Shown here: one piece after another, positions 18,747-28,657 of the stretch
Layout: each line of letters opens with the position of its first letter
Numbering within the stretch: position 1 is the stretch's first letter
Virus record (IMG/VR): IMGVR_UViG_651053022_000007
Coordinates: 28,836-92,835 of that record
From: a virus
Lineage: Duplodnaviria; Heunggongvirae; Uroviricota; Caudoviricetes
Strand: one strand, 5' to 3'
DNA: 64,000 nt
Position numbers and translations under genes: made by a program
The notes under the pieces: generated by a model
Told to the model about the DNA's origin: nothing
Seen by the model: only the letters and a program-made list of their open reading frames with translations
Databases searched by the model: none

Positions 18747-21443
18747 TTATCGTCCTGATTGCTGGCCGTTCTGGAAAATGTTAATCAGGTTGTCGCGCTG
18801 ACTTTCTGCGCTGTATTCCTTAGACTGTCCGGGAGTATATTTCACCGGAGTATCAATGAACTTGGTAATGCTGTTCCATACTGATCGGTTGGTTGTTCCC
18901 AGTTTCGCCAGATCGTTGAACGGCACCGTAATCGGGTTGCCGTCGGCACCGTTGACGATCAGCCCGTTGAGCATCAGGGTAAGTCCTGTTTCGTCGCTGT
19001 TGGTAACCCACTGCGCATTATCACGAATGCGGGAGATACTCTGCTCACGGTTGACCTCATCAGGTAGCCTTGGGTCACCAATAAGCGGCATAATCTGATC
19101 TGCTGACAGGTTTTTCAGATACGCATTGGCACCATCGTTAACGTCACGAATATCTATCCCTGCACGCTTAGGTAGCCGCCAAGTGCCATTGGTCTGGTAC
19201 TGCTCGCCGAGGATGTCCTGATACGCCTGTTTTGCTGCATCAGACGCCGACATTCCGCGCTGCATGTTGATGTAAGTAAGTCGTTTTCCCTGCTCGTTGA
19301 AGTTATTCCACACGGCAGTGCCACCAGGCTGAACAACCATCGTGCCAGCAAAATCTTTCGATTGGTCATTCCATGACGAGTCGGCGCTATCCGCGTCGGT
19401 TTTCTCAAGACTGCCGCGTAAGTCAGCAGTTTTAACGCTACGGTTTTGCCAGAGCGCATTTGCCGCGCGCGGGTTCTCGGTAGCCATGACAACCTGCAAC
19501 GCAGGATAAGCGCTCTTCTGAACCTGCTGCATCACCTGATCCGAGTATTTGCCGAACGACTGCGCCACCGACTGAATGGCCTTTACGCTAGATTCCTGCG
19601 TGTTGTCAATACGCTGCAGTACGTCGTTGACCATGGACTCCGGTAAAACTTTTTTGCTCATTATCCCCAGGCGGTCTTTTTCAGACTGTATGCGGGAAAC
19701 TAGGTATTCACCAGATGAAGGGTCATTCAGGTACTGCTGGAATGCAGCCTGCACAACCGGAGAGTTTTGTTGCAGCCATGCCCCCGGATCCGCTTCCCGC
19801 GCCTTCAGTACCTGCCCAAGCTTGACCTTTGCCGATGCATAAAGCTCTGCTTTGTATTTAAAGTCAGGGTCGTTTTCCTGCGGTGCCATTGCCTGCACGG
19901 CGGCGGTACCCTGCTGGACGTTGCCCTGCATAATGGTCTGATAAACAGGTTGTAGCGTCATTGCCTGCTGGTATTGCTGGAAGGTTTTTTCCATCTGCAG
20001 GCGCTCGGCAGGCGCTGCCTGAAGCGGCATAACGGCGGCCCATTCGTGCGCTGAAATAGGCGTCACCTGCTTACCGGCCTCAATTTTGGATAGGTCGTCC
20101 TGCATTCGACTCTGTAGCGCAACGCGACCGGCTGAAGCCTGCATGTCGTACATGCCAGCAACCTTGCTCATCATCTGCGACTTTTTGTCCGGACTCATGG
20201 CGTTCCAGAATGGCTGTGCGATGAGGTTTTCCATCGTCGCAGATCCAGGAATAGCTCCAGCACTGCCAGTTACTTTTGCCACATAATTGCGCGTCTCGTC
20301 GTATGGGATAGCTGCGGCAAACTGGGCGTTACTGACTTCGCCTGTGCGCGGATCGCCAATCTGTTTAATCCAGCCGTCAACCTTTCCTGGGCCAGCGTTA
20401 TAGGCAGCTACTGCCAGAACCGGGTTATTGTCGTATTTCTTCATCTGCGCGCCGAAATAAGCTTGCCCCAAGCGGGCATTATAGCGCGGGTCATTCAACC
20501 ATTTATCTCGGTCCCACGGCACGCCAGCAAGGCGGGCAGCTTCGGGGCCAGTATCTTCCGTCACCTGCGCTACGCCAACAGCGCCTTTTGGCGACACCAG
20601 AGGTGTTCCGTCCTTTCCGTACTGATTTCCGCCACTCTCCTGCCAGATTATTGCAGAGAATAACTGCGCCTCACTCGGTGTATCGGTTACCTCAATCTTG
20701 CCGTTCGGACCCATCATCTGTTGATACATCGGCACATACCACGCCTCCGCCGCACCGTTCGCGGCATTCTCGCGCCACGAAACCCAGTTCTGTTCGATCT
20801 CTTCCTGACTCTGGCCGTGGGCTTCGCCGTAAGCGATGATGCTATGATATGCCTTCAATCCTGCCTGGTTTGCCATTGTCGGGTTACGGAACTGCATCGA
20901 TAGGTTTTTTAGTGTCGCATCCTGCATATCCGCCTCATACTGGCGAACCTGTCCTATTTCGTACCTCCCGGCCTGCGTAGTGAACTGAATGCGCTGCTGC
21001 TGCGCCTGCTGCATGAAAGCATTACGAGCCTGTTCATCCGGCAGCGACATAGCCAGTTGTTCGACCTGAGCATCAAACTGCTGCGTATACTCATGGCCTT
21101 TTCCAATAGCATTTTTCCCTTTCAGGTTAAGCAATCCTGTTTCAGGATTATTCAGCAGATCGCTGCTTATCTGACTGAGGTTAAGAGATGCCTCCTGAGC
21201 CAGAGCGATATTGGCACGCTGTTTTGCCTGCCCCAAAACATCAATTGCCTCTGTCCCTGCCCGAACAAAAGCATCACCAATACCTGGCTGAGAAAACGTC
21301 TGCAAGCCTGCTGACTGAACTCCACGACTCTCAACCTGACGTCCGGATACTGTTGGTACGACTGGCATTATAATCCTCCGGGTAATCTGGTTCCTGCTGC
21401 TGCCCCGATTGGCGCAGGAGTGCTTTGAGTAAACGGACTCCAC
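18747..21443 (-). CDS. internal virion protein with lytic transglycosylase (SLT) domain
   Basis: 898 aa; SLT motifs AIIWQESGGNQY...VGVAQV...AYNAGPG. Confidence 0.7.
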   Translation of the reverse strand: MESVYSKHSCANRGSSRNQITRRIIMPVVPTVSGRQVESRGVQSAGLQTFSQPGIGDAFVRAGTEAIDVLGQAKQRANIALAQEASLNLSQISSDLLNNPETGLLNLKGKNAIGKGHEYTQQFDAQVEQLAMSLPDEQARNAFMQQAQQQRIQFTTQAGRYEIGQVRQYEADMQDATLKNLSMQFRNPTMANQAGLKAYHSIIAYGEAHGQSQEEIEQNWVSWRENAANGAAEAWYVPMYQQMMGPNGKIEVTDTPSEAQLFSAIIWQESGGNQYGKDGTPLVSPKGAVGVAQVTEDTGPEAARLAGVPWDRDKWLNDPRYNARLGQAYFGAQMKKYDNNPVLAVAAYNAGPGKVDGWIKQIGDPRTGEVSNAQFAAAIPYDETRNYVAKVTGSAGAIPGSATMENLIAQPFWNAMSPDKKSQMMSKVAGMYDMQASAGRVALQSRMQDDLSKIEAGKQVTPISAHEWAAVMPLQAAPAERLQMEKTFQQYQQAMTLQPVYQTIMQGNVQQGTAAVQAMAPQENDPDFKYKAELYASAKVKLGQVLKAREADPGAWLQQNSPVVQAAFQQYLNDPSSGEYLVSRIQSEKDRLGIMSKKVLPESMVNDVLQRIDNTQESSVKAIQSVAQSFGKYSDQVMQQVQKSAYPALQVVMATENPRAANALWQNRSVKTADLRGSLEKTDADSADSSWNDQSKDFAGTMVVQPGGTAVWNNFNEQGKRLTYINMQRGMSASDAAKQAYQDILGEQYQTNGTWRLPKRAGIDIRDVNDGANAYLKNLSADQIMPLIGDPRLPDEVNREQSISRIRDNAQWVTNSDETGLTLMLNGLIVNGADGNPITVPFNDLAKLGTTNRSVWNSITKFIDTPVKYTPGQSKEYSAESQRDNLINIFQNGQQSGR

Positions 21444-21913
21444 GTCCCACCAAACATCTGGTACGCACCGTATGCCTTCAGAGGCGCAGTGAGCAATGTT
21501 GTTGCTGCTCCCACATTCCCCTGTTTACGGGCTGAACTGGCTTCTGCTTTATAGTTGGCAGCCTGAACCTGATAACCGTAAGCCTCGCGTTGCGCGTTAT
21601 TCACCGTCGTCAGCGAATCAAGAGCGCCGAACTGAGCAGTGTCACCAAATATATCCAGCGCGTTACCTGTAGATAAATCAGCGCCGGTAGCCCCCATTGT
21701 CGCCGCCTGTGTACCAAGCCGCTGTCGGGTCTCTCTGCGCCGTTGCTCAGCTTCAGCGTTACCTCTGTTTATTGCATCATTTGCCTGAGCTGTGGCTATA
21801 TCTGCGTTCGCTTCTGCAACCTTCGAGGCATACTTTCCCTGTTGGTACTGGGTGTATGCCTGAATGCCACTCATGGCGAGCATTGCGCCACCAGCAATAA
21901 CCGGATCGCACAT
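21368..21913 (-). CDS. virion structural protein, unknown role
   Basis: 181-aa ORF in structural operon. Confidence 0.35.
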   Translation of the reverse strand: MCDPVIAGGAMLAMSGIQAYTQYQQGKYASKVAEANADIATAQANDAINRGNAEAEQRRRETRQRLGTQAATMGATGADLSTGNALDIFGDTAQFGALDSLTTVNNAQREAYGYQVQAANYKAEASSARKQGNVGAATTLLTAPLKAYGAYQMFGGTWSPFTQSTPAPIGAAAGTRLPGGL

Positions 21914-22377
21914 TATTTTCTCTCCATGTGAAATCTGTGGAAATTAAGACCAAGAGCACCATAAGGCGCGGCTTCTTCAAGCCTGAATCCAAGCCAGTGC
22001 AGCCATGCTTTGGCAACATGGTTTCGCTCGTCGACGTAGTTTTCCAGGCGCGGATAAACTGCCAGCATCTGCTGCAATACAGGGCGGCAGTGGCGAAGAA
22101 ATGTCTTCTGATATTTTTCAATACGGCTGGTTCCTACCAGCCAGGGCGTACCATTGCCACCGATCATTGACGCCGGAGATACGCCAAACATGGTTACCAG
22201 TTCTCCGTTCGCAAATCCTGACCAGGCCATAGTCGCAGTGCGAAGACCAACACGCAGCGCATCTTCGGTAGTCATCAGTGATACCGCATACAGTTCGTCA
22301 ATATCAGCCTGACGAACATCCGGCAAAATCATCTGAAGATGCTCTTCGGTTGCGGGAATAATTTGAACATCGATCAT
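21913..22377 (-). CDS. virion structural protein, unknown role
   Basis: 154-aa ORF, start overlaps stop of upstream gene. Confidence 0.4.
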   Translation of the reverse strand: MIDVQIIPATEEHLQMILPDVRQADIDELYAVSLMTTEDALRVGLRTATMAWSGFANGELVTMFGVSPASMIGGNGTPWLVGTSRIEKYQKTFLRHCRPVLQQMLAVYPRLENYVDERNHVAKAWLHWLGFRLEEAAPYGALGLNFHRFHMERK

Positions 22378-24848
22378 CAGAACCCACCAACAGTAAGGCG
22401 AGGAATAACGGCAAGAACAGACAGCGGCAACGGATCAAGCTGACGGATTTTTACACGTCCGTTTTTGCCCCAGTTACTGTCCAGTTTCACTTCTACTTTT
22501 CCGGTAGCATCATCAACAGGATCATCGTAGAACTCGAATTCACGCTGTGGATATTCGTACCATTTGCCGCCGGGCGTAGTCGCCCAGATGCCGCGGCTGG
22601 CATTCACAACCAGAGTAACGGAGGGGATCACCTGTTTTTTGTCCAGCAGCGTTTCCTGTCCGTTAATGTTGATATCCAGTGTTTCGAATTCAGCAGTTAT
22701 TGGCAGGCCGATGTGCACAACAGCCCCCGGAGATTCCAGCGTGACGGCACCTCCGGAAACAACTTTCTGTGGTTCCACGTTCGCATCAGAGAGAATGTTT
22801 ACGGTCTGGCCTTCAAGATGAGACAGGCCTCCAAATGTCCGGCGCGCCATCTGCCAGTTCGTGGTGGCCACATTCCTGAGGGATGGCGGGACGTTCCTGT
22901 TAGCACGAACCACTACAGCGGTGTTGCTGGTTACAGAAATAATGTCGCAACGTAATTCTTTTGACACTTCATCGCCAGTATCAGGATCAGTTCCGGTATA
23001 AGGGAACTGTAGTTGCGCACCGACATCACTACTGGTGAAGTACGCACCACCAGAAACACTGATTGTATATTCCTCGCGGTAATCCCATTCGCCAGAACCA
23101 CCAGTGATGATCATCGTTCTGTCAGACGTATTTCTTCCATCATAGCTAAGGCCAGAATCAACAAAGAAAGCATCTTCATCGCTGGTAAATAAACGGCTGG
23201 ACAGTCGCTCGATGTATCTCACTGTTTGCCCGTTAACGGTTCGGTTAACGACGAAATACACCGCATCTTCATTGCCTTCACTGATACTGCATGTGCTTTC
23301 ATATTTTCCGGTACTGGATTGTGGTGCCCATGCAAAAACCTGCTGATCACGCAAATAGGTCATCACCAGTAATTTACCGTCATCACGAATGCAGAAGGCG
23401 CTGGAGTAAGGGACAATAGAGAAGCACCAGTCAACAATGCTGTGCTTCTGAAAAAGATGATTGGCAAGGATGGTCAGGTCGTTCCCCTGATAGCCGTCAA
23501 CATCGAATGAGTAGGCCAGATCACGGACAACACTGCCTTTCTCCTGGACGAACAGAGCAATATTCGCCACGGCAATTGGTGGGACATTGCTCGAGCCATT
23601 TGATCCCTGAGAGCTGAATGCAAATGATGATGGGGTAAGCACTTTGTTCTGGTCGCCAGTGATGACGTACTCACCTCCGGAAGTCAGCGCCACCAGCGAA
23701 CCAACATCAATCAGGTGACGGATCTCATTAACCTGACGCCCGGCATAGGTGTAGATAATTCTGTCGTCATCCTGCGTAGGGTTGCTTTTGCCAAAATCCT
23801 TATAATCCCCGGTACGGCTGGCCCCGATAGTCTGAGGAAACGCAGTCGATGCGGCGAAGTAAAGACGTTGTTGATAATAAACAACAGTGCCAGGATAACC
23901 ATTAACACTGTTCCAGGCATATTTAGCCCATTTATAGCTGGCATTATCCTCGCCAACTACCTGCGAAGGGATATAGGAAATCACCTCGGCAGTTGCAGTA
24001 GTTCCATTTGCAGCAGAGATACGGGCAATGCCAAAACCACTGTGCAGATACTCCCACTCAATGCCGGTATCATCATCACCGGATCCGCCCCAGCCATCCC
24101 ATGATGTGCCTTCTGTATGCGAAGGGCGCAAAGTGCCTGTTTTGCCTACTGTAACGGCGCGATAGTAGTTACTGTCTGCACGGCGAATATCGCCAATTGA
24201 CGTACTCTTACTGGTTTCCCATACCGGCACAGAATCCACTGCAGGCTGTTCCAGATAGAACAATTTGCCTACCTGCTCCGCGCCAAAAATAGAGGCGCTT
24301 GCCGTTAGCGTAATTGTCCCGGTGCTGGCGCTGGCATAAACCGTCACTGACTCGTCAATATTGATATCTTCAAATGGTCCGTTCTTCGTTACCACATCAA
24401 CCAGTTGCCAGTTGTCATGCGCATAGCGACGCAACTCTTTCGGCGGGTATGCCGGATGAACAAGCGTAAGCACGTCGGCGCTTTGCGTGAATTTAATTCG
24501 GAACAGATCGGCTTCAGTATATGGCGTGGCAATTTCATAAATAACATTGCTGCTGTTCAGCACCAACGCACCATCTTTGATAACGCGCATGTACTGGTGT
24601 CCGAACTCCAGAGCATAGGTCTGAACCGTCGAGAACTGGAACGGGATCAGGCGGCATTTCCGATTTGGGTATTTGGCGGCACCGACAAAACGCGTACCTG
24701 GTCGATTCTCAACGCCGCCATACTGCCGCACGATAAAGTTATCGCACTTGCGCAATGCCACCTGGTACTTCGCCATGTCAATACGCCCGTACAACGACGG
24801 TCCAATCTCACCACCGGCAAAGCTGGGCTGGATCCAACTGATAGCCAT
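22377..24848 (-). CDS. large tail (tube/nozzle-like) structural protein
   Basis: 823-aa ORF downstream of capsid module; size and position as podovirus tail tubular protein B; no motif-level proof. Confidence 0.45.
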   Translation of the reverse strand: MAISWIQPSFAGGEIGPSLYGRIDMAKYQVALRKCDNFIVRQYGGVENRPGTRFVGAAKYPNRKCRLIPFQFSTVQTYALEFGHQYMRVIKDGALVLNSSNVIYEIATPYTEADLFRIKFTQSADVLTLVHPAYPPKELRRYAHDNWQLVDVVTKNGPFEDINIDESVTVYASASTGTITLTASASIFGAEQVGKLFYLEQPAVDSVPVWETSKSTSIGDIRRADSNYYRAVTVGKTGTLRPSHTEGTSWDGWGGSGDDDTGIEWEYLHSGFGIARISAANGTTATAEVISYIPSQVVGEDNASYKWAKYAWNSVNGYPGTVVYYQQRLYFAASTAFPQTIGASRTGDYKDFGKSNPTQDDDRIIYTYAGRQVNEIRHLIDVGSLVALTSGGEYVITGDQNKVLTPSSFAFSSQGSNGSSNVPPIAVANIALFVQEKGSVVRDLAYSFDVDGYQGNDLTILANHLFQKHSIVDWCFSIVPYSSAFCIRDDGKLLVMTYLRDQQVFAWAPQSSTGKYESTCSISEGNEDAVYFVVNRTVNGQTVRYIERLSSRLFTSDEDAFFVDSGLSYDGRNTSDRTMIITGGSGEWDYREEYTISVSGGAYFTSSDVGAQLQFPYTGTDPDTGDEVSKELRCDIISVTSNTAVVVRANRNVPPSLRNVATTNWQMARRTFGGLSHLEGQTVNILSDANVEPQKVVSGGAVTLESPGAVVHIGLPITAEFETLDININGQETLLDKKQVIPSVTLVVNASRGIWATTPGGKWYEYPQREFEFYDDPVDDATGKVEVKLDSNWGKNGRVKIRQLDPLPLSVLAVIPRLTVGGF

Positions 24849-25456
24849 CAGGACAACCTCGCAATGGTAAACTCGTCAACCGGTGGCTGTGGTTCCTGTG
24901 ATTCATTCTGGCTATGCGAGCCAGCACTAAGAATCACGCGATTGTACATATTGAGAGCAAATGTACCGAGGTCTGCATTCCCAGTCAGCGCCATGTTAAT
25001 AGCTGCCGCAAGACGCCAGGCCAACGCCTCCATAAAAATGGCATCAAACATGTTCACATCTGTAACGCGAGAGACATACTTGAGCCATGCCTGAGGCTGG
25101 TCTGTGTAGATCAACTTTCCTGTTCCGTTGGTGTCTGCACCAACTTCGTACTGAACGCGCATTGCTGCTGTTGGATTGCGTACACCAGGAAGCATAATTT
25201 CAGTAATGCGCAGACAATCTGACGGGTACTGGTACGCATATTCCCAGTCAGGCGGTGGATTGCTCGTATCTGCAAGCGCCACGCGTTTGGTAGCAAAGTT
25301 CCAGTCAAAATCAGAAAGCACAGTATCACGGCAGGCCTCAAAGTGCAGCGAACATTCCCCCGCTTCCTTGCTGGCTTCCGTCAGGCTGTTAATGCTGCGG
25401 CTGTTGCCAATATTGGACAGCGCACGATTACAGATCTCTACTACAGAGGCCATCAC
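24848..25456 (-). CDS. tail adaptor/tubular-A-like structural protein
   Basis: 202-aa ORF immediately upstream of the large tail protein; call by position only. Confidence 0.35.
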   Translation of the reverse strand: MMASVVEICNRALSNIGNSRSINSLTEASKEAGECSLHFEACRDTVLSDFDWNFATKRVALADTSNPPPDWEYAYQYPSDCLRITEIMLPGVRNPTAAMRVQYEVGADTNGTGKLIYTDQPQAWLKYVSRVTDVNMFDAIFMEALAWRLAAAINMALTGNADLGTFALNMYNRVILSAGSHSQNESQEPQPPVDEFTIARLS

Positions 25457-25782
25457 TCACCTCCGTTACCGTACAGAGTTTCAGCCGCTGATTTTTCTAC
25501 ATCCCCGGAAACAGGAGCGATCGCCATATCAGTGATCTGCAGATCGGCGCTGCGATTAACGCCATCGTCAGTTTCTCTGGCAGACAGGCCTCGGATAACA
25601 GCCTTTGCAGTTATCATCACTTCTGTTCCGACGCCCTGAGGTTGCGCCTTCAGCTTATTCAATGTGTCGTTATTCAGCGTGATGCACAGCCCCCACGGGT
25701 ATTCATCGCGAGTTCTGGTTTCTCCGCTCTCATCCTGGTAGCTGTCAGTGCCGGTTTTGAGGTTTACGAGTTCCATATACAC
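25453..25782 (-). CDS. structural-module hypothetical protein
   Basis: 109-aa ORF with overlapping stop/start. Confidence 0.35.
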   Translation of the reverse strand: MYMELVNLKTGTDSYQDESGETRTRDEYPWGLCITLNNDTLNKLKAQPQGVGTEVMITAKAVIRGLSARETDDGVNRSADLQITDMAIAPVSGDVEKSAAETLYGNGGE

Positions 25783-25826
25783 TCCTGCAATAAAGGGGCC
25801 GAAGCCCCTTGTCTCATCCGCGAGGC

Positions 25827-26171
25827 TTACACGCCCAGTTCTTTACGCTTATCTGCGATCTTCTCGCGGAGCGTTTCTGCTTTGGCGTTATGGTGTGGCT
25901 TCTCGTTAAAGAGCAATTCGTACTCTTCACGGAGCTTATCCAGTTCACCATCATCTGACACATCGTTGATGATTTTGGTGCTGGTTGCTGCCATAGACAC
26001 CTTTCCTGCTACCTTTGCTTTTGCCTGTCTGGCTGCATCGTTAACAGGTTCCAGTGCGCTACCAGGCTCACCTTCGTATTCGATTTCTGCCCCCTCCGGC
26101 CACAGAGTGTTATGGATATGAGAGAGGCGCAGAACGCGGTATCTTGGTTTCTCACCTGACATCAATATCAC
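25827..26171 (-). CDS. structural-module hypothetical protein
   Basis: 114-aa ORF. Confidence 0.35.
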   Translation of the reverse strand: MILMSGEKPRYRVLRLSHIHNTLWPEGAEIEYEGEPGSALEPVNDAARQAKAKVAGKVSMAATSTKIINDVSDDGELDKLREEYELLFNEKPHHNAKAETLREKIADKRKELGV

Positions 26172-26172
26172 C

Positions 26173-26610
26173 TTAACCAGTTACTTTTGAGCGGATCGGA
26201 TACGGCGTATTGGCATCAACATCAAGACTGATACCAGCAGTGAATTCGCCAGCCGTTAGTGGGCCAGTTGCGACGGAGTAGTTAACACGCAGATATCGCT
26301 GAACACCGGCAGGCACCTTTGCAGAAACAACTCGTTTACCTGCTGTCAGGGCGGTCTTTGCCAGTGCGCCACTATCATAAATAGTGGTCCATGAGCTGTT
26401 ATCCTCACTCGTCTGCAACTGGATGTTTACAGTTGCATCACCGCTTGCCGCGGCGGCTGTGTTAACCAGCGCCCAAAACTCAAGCGGGTAACCCACGCCG
26501 ATATCACGACGTTTTCCGTCAATTGGACCGAGATCGATTACGTCAGTAGAAGCCGCGGTATTCGTAACCGCCTGAGCTTCGGAGAACATCAACAGTTTGT
26601 CGGTGATCAT
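26173..26610 (-). CDS. structural-module hypothetical protein (possible capsid accessory)
   Basis: 145-aa ORF directly downstream of capsid gene. Confidence 0.35.
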   Translation of the reverse strand: MITDKLLMFSEAQAVTNTAASTDVIDLGPIDGKRRDIGVGYPLEFWALVNTAAAASGDATVNIQLQTSEDNSSWTTIYDSGALAKTALTAGKRVVSAKVPAGVQRYLRVNYSVATGPLTAGEFTAGISLDVDANTPYPIRSKVTG

Positions 26611-26661
26611 CTTCTTTCTCCATTAGTGGGTCTGTTACGACCCACAGGTTAATAACAGGCG

Positions 26662-27654
26662 TTACACCACGCGGGCTTCTGTTTCCAGAAGCGCATCAGT
26701 CTCACGGATTGGTACACCACGGAATGAAGTCCACCACTCGCCTTCTGTCTCTTTTACGCTGATCGCCAGAGATGTTTTCTCCAGAGATTGCAGATCAAGC
26801 GCCTGGCCTACAGTGCGGTTCATGTAGAACACCGGGCTGCCCATGCCACGGTTTGGAATGCGATGCAGTGCTTTAACCATCAACTTCGCAATATTTGCTG
26901 CAGAGGAAGGTTCTGAAAGATTGCTGACATCGATGTTTGCAATGCGAACAACATAACGCCAGTCACGCAGAGCAAGTCCGTTATCCCATTTGTAATGGGT
27001 GCGATAGCCTTCGTACTTGCCGCCATTAGCATCTTCCAGTGTCACCTGGCCTTTATCTTCCATCTGGATGCCAGCCTTCTGCCCTTTCGGGAAGATGCCA
27101 TGCACGGTGTTTTCGCCCCACACCACTAACCAGATTGAGGTGTTATCTGTACCCGTGCCACCAGCATCAATGATGTTCTGAGCATTACCCGCAGACAGGC
27201 TGGAATAGCGGGAGGACAGTCCCATAAACTGCTGAGGGTTAACGCTGGAATCACCATAAAACAGCGTCTGCGCCATCTGCTGATTCATCGCTTCAATAAA
27301 TGCGCGGTCTTCAGACAGGCGGAATTCGGCGGTATTGCCGTTCAGATCAGCCAGTGACTTATCGACTTCCGCATAGGTTTCCAGCATGCCAACGGAATCG
27401 GTTACCTGTACTGTGTTTGATTTGCTTGGCTGTACGCCATAGTTCAGCAAACGCCAGGTAGCTGAAGGTAAACCAGAACGAATGGTGGTTCGGTGTCCGG
27501 TAGGAAGATTCCCTTCGACAAAAGGCATATCCTGAAGGATCGGGTTAGTTTGACCGAGAAGCTCGATAATCTTATCGACTTTCCCGTTTGGATCGACGCG
27601 CTTACCCCAGTCAGCCAGCGTTAGCGCAGTTAAGCCTTTAACAGCCATTGTCAT
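26662..27654 (-). CDS. major capsid protein
   Basis: 330-aa ORF directly downstream of scaffold-like gene. Confidence 0.6.
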   Translation of the reverse strand: MTMAVKGLTALTLADWGKRVDPNGKVDKIIELLGQTNPILQDMPFVEGNLPTGHRTTIRSGLPSATWRLLNYGVQPSKSNTVQVTDSVGMLETYAEVDKSLADLNGNTAEFRLSEDRAFIEAMNQQMAQTLFYGDSSVNPQQFMGLSSRYSSLSAGNAQNIIDAGGTGTDNTSIWLVVWGENTVHGIFPKGQKAGIQMEDKGQVTLEDANGGKYEGYRTHYKWDNGLALRDWRYVVRIANIDVSNLSEPSSAANIAKLMVKALHRIPNRGMGSPVFYMNRTVGQALDLQSLEKTSLAISVKETEGEWWTSFRGVPIRETDALLETEARVV

Positions 27655-27662
27655 TTCCTCTC

Positions 27663-28364
27663 TTATTTGCCATAGAGCACTTCGGCCGCACTACGCTGGC
27701 CTTCATTACCACCGGTGACCATGCCATCTTCAGACATCGCCTTTCCGATTTTCACGAACGTTTTGACCAGATCAGGGTGATTACCCAGTCCGGTGGTGTT
27801 CAGATATTCTTTGAGTTCAGGTGTCCCGAACTGGTCAAGCGCACGCTGTGCGGCGCTAAGGTTAGAAATCAACTTGTCGCCACCGATTTCTTTGTCAGCT
27901 TTTACATCCGCAGCCCACTGCTCGGTTGTTTTCTGCCAGGCTTCTGCCTGGCGCTGCTGAACACCTGCCAGAATCTTCGGATAAGCATCAACCAGCTTTT
28001 GCGCTTGCTCGTTGGTCAGGTTTAGTTCTCGCGCCACCGGCTCGAATTCCTTCAACGCTTCTGTATCCAGCTCTACGCCTTCGGCAGCCTGAAACTCGTA
28101 CTTCTCCGGCGCACCCTCCGGTTTATCGCCGCCCTTTTTTTCATCCTGCTTATCGTTTTCAGGCTTTTTGTCATCAGCAGGTTTATCGCCATCAGCAACA
28201 GGTTGTGGCTTATCACCTTCCTGTTGTGATGGTTCACCAACTGGAGCAGGGGTATCACCTGCAGGCGCTGACGGTTCTGACGCAGCCGGAGCTGCTCCAC
28301 CATCGACTGGTTGCTCATTGCAAAGACGGCGATACAGCAAACGCTCAAATAAATTCATGATCAC
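27663..28364 (-). CDS. scaffolding protein
   Basis: 233 aa, acidic, Pro/Glu/Lys-rich N-terminus then helical region; between portal and capsid. Confidence 0.55.
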   Translation of the reverse strand: MIMNLFERLLYRRLCNEQPVDGGAAPAASEPSAPAGDTPAPVGEPSQQEGDKPQPVADGDKPADDKKPENDKQDEKKGGDKPEGAPEKYEFQAAEGVELDTEALKEFEPVARELNLTNEQAQKLVDAYPKILAGVQQRQAEAWQKTTEQWAADVKADKEIGGDKLISNLSAAQRALDQFGTPELKEYLNTTGLGNHPDLVKTFVKIGKAMSEDGMVTGGNEGQRSAAEVLYGK

Positions 28365-28657
28365 TCCTGTTCACTGGCCTCTTTGGCCATCTTCAAATAC
28401 TGTTCAGGGCAATGCGCCATAACGCGCTGAAACAGTTCCAGCGCCAGATTGCGTTGCCCCTCATTAAATGCCATTGCCATAGCGTCCATCGGTGAGATAG
28501 CGGAAAACACACGGCCTTTCTCCAGCACCGACCAGACAACGCGACGCCCCTGTTCACTGCTCATGACAAAGCGAATGTCATCAATTTCACGCTGCGCCAT
28601 GTCACGTTGCTTACGGGCGTTTTCTTCTTTCAGTTGATCGTCTTCGTAATCAGTCAT
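28361..28657 (-). CDS. small structural-module protein
   Basis: 98-aa ORF overlapping portal stop. Confidence 0.35.
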   Translation of the reverse strand: MTDYEDDQLKEENARKQRDMAQREIDDIRFVMSSEQGRRVVWSVLEKGRVFSAISPMDAMAMAFNEGQRNLALELFQRVMAHCPEQYLKMAKEASEQE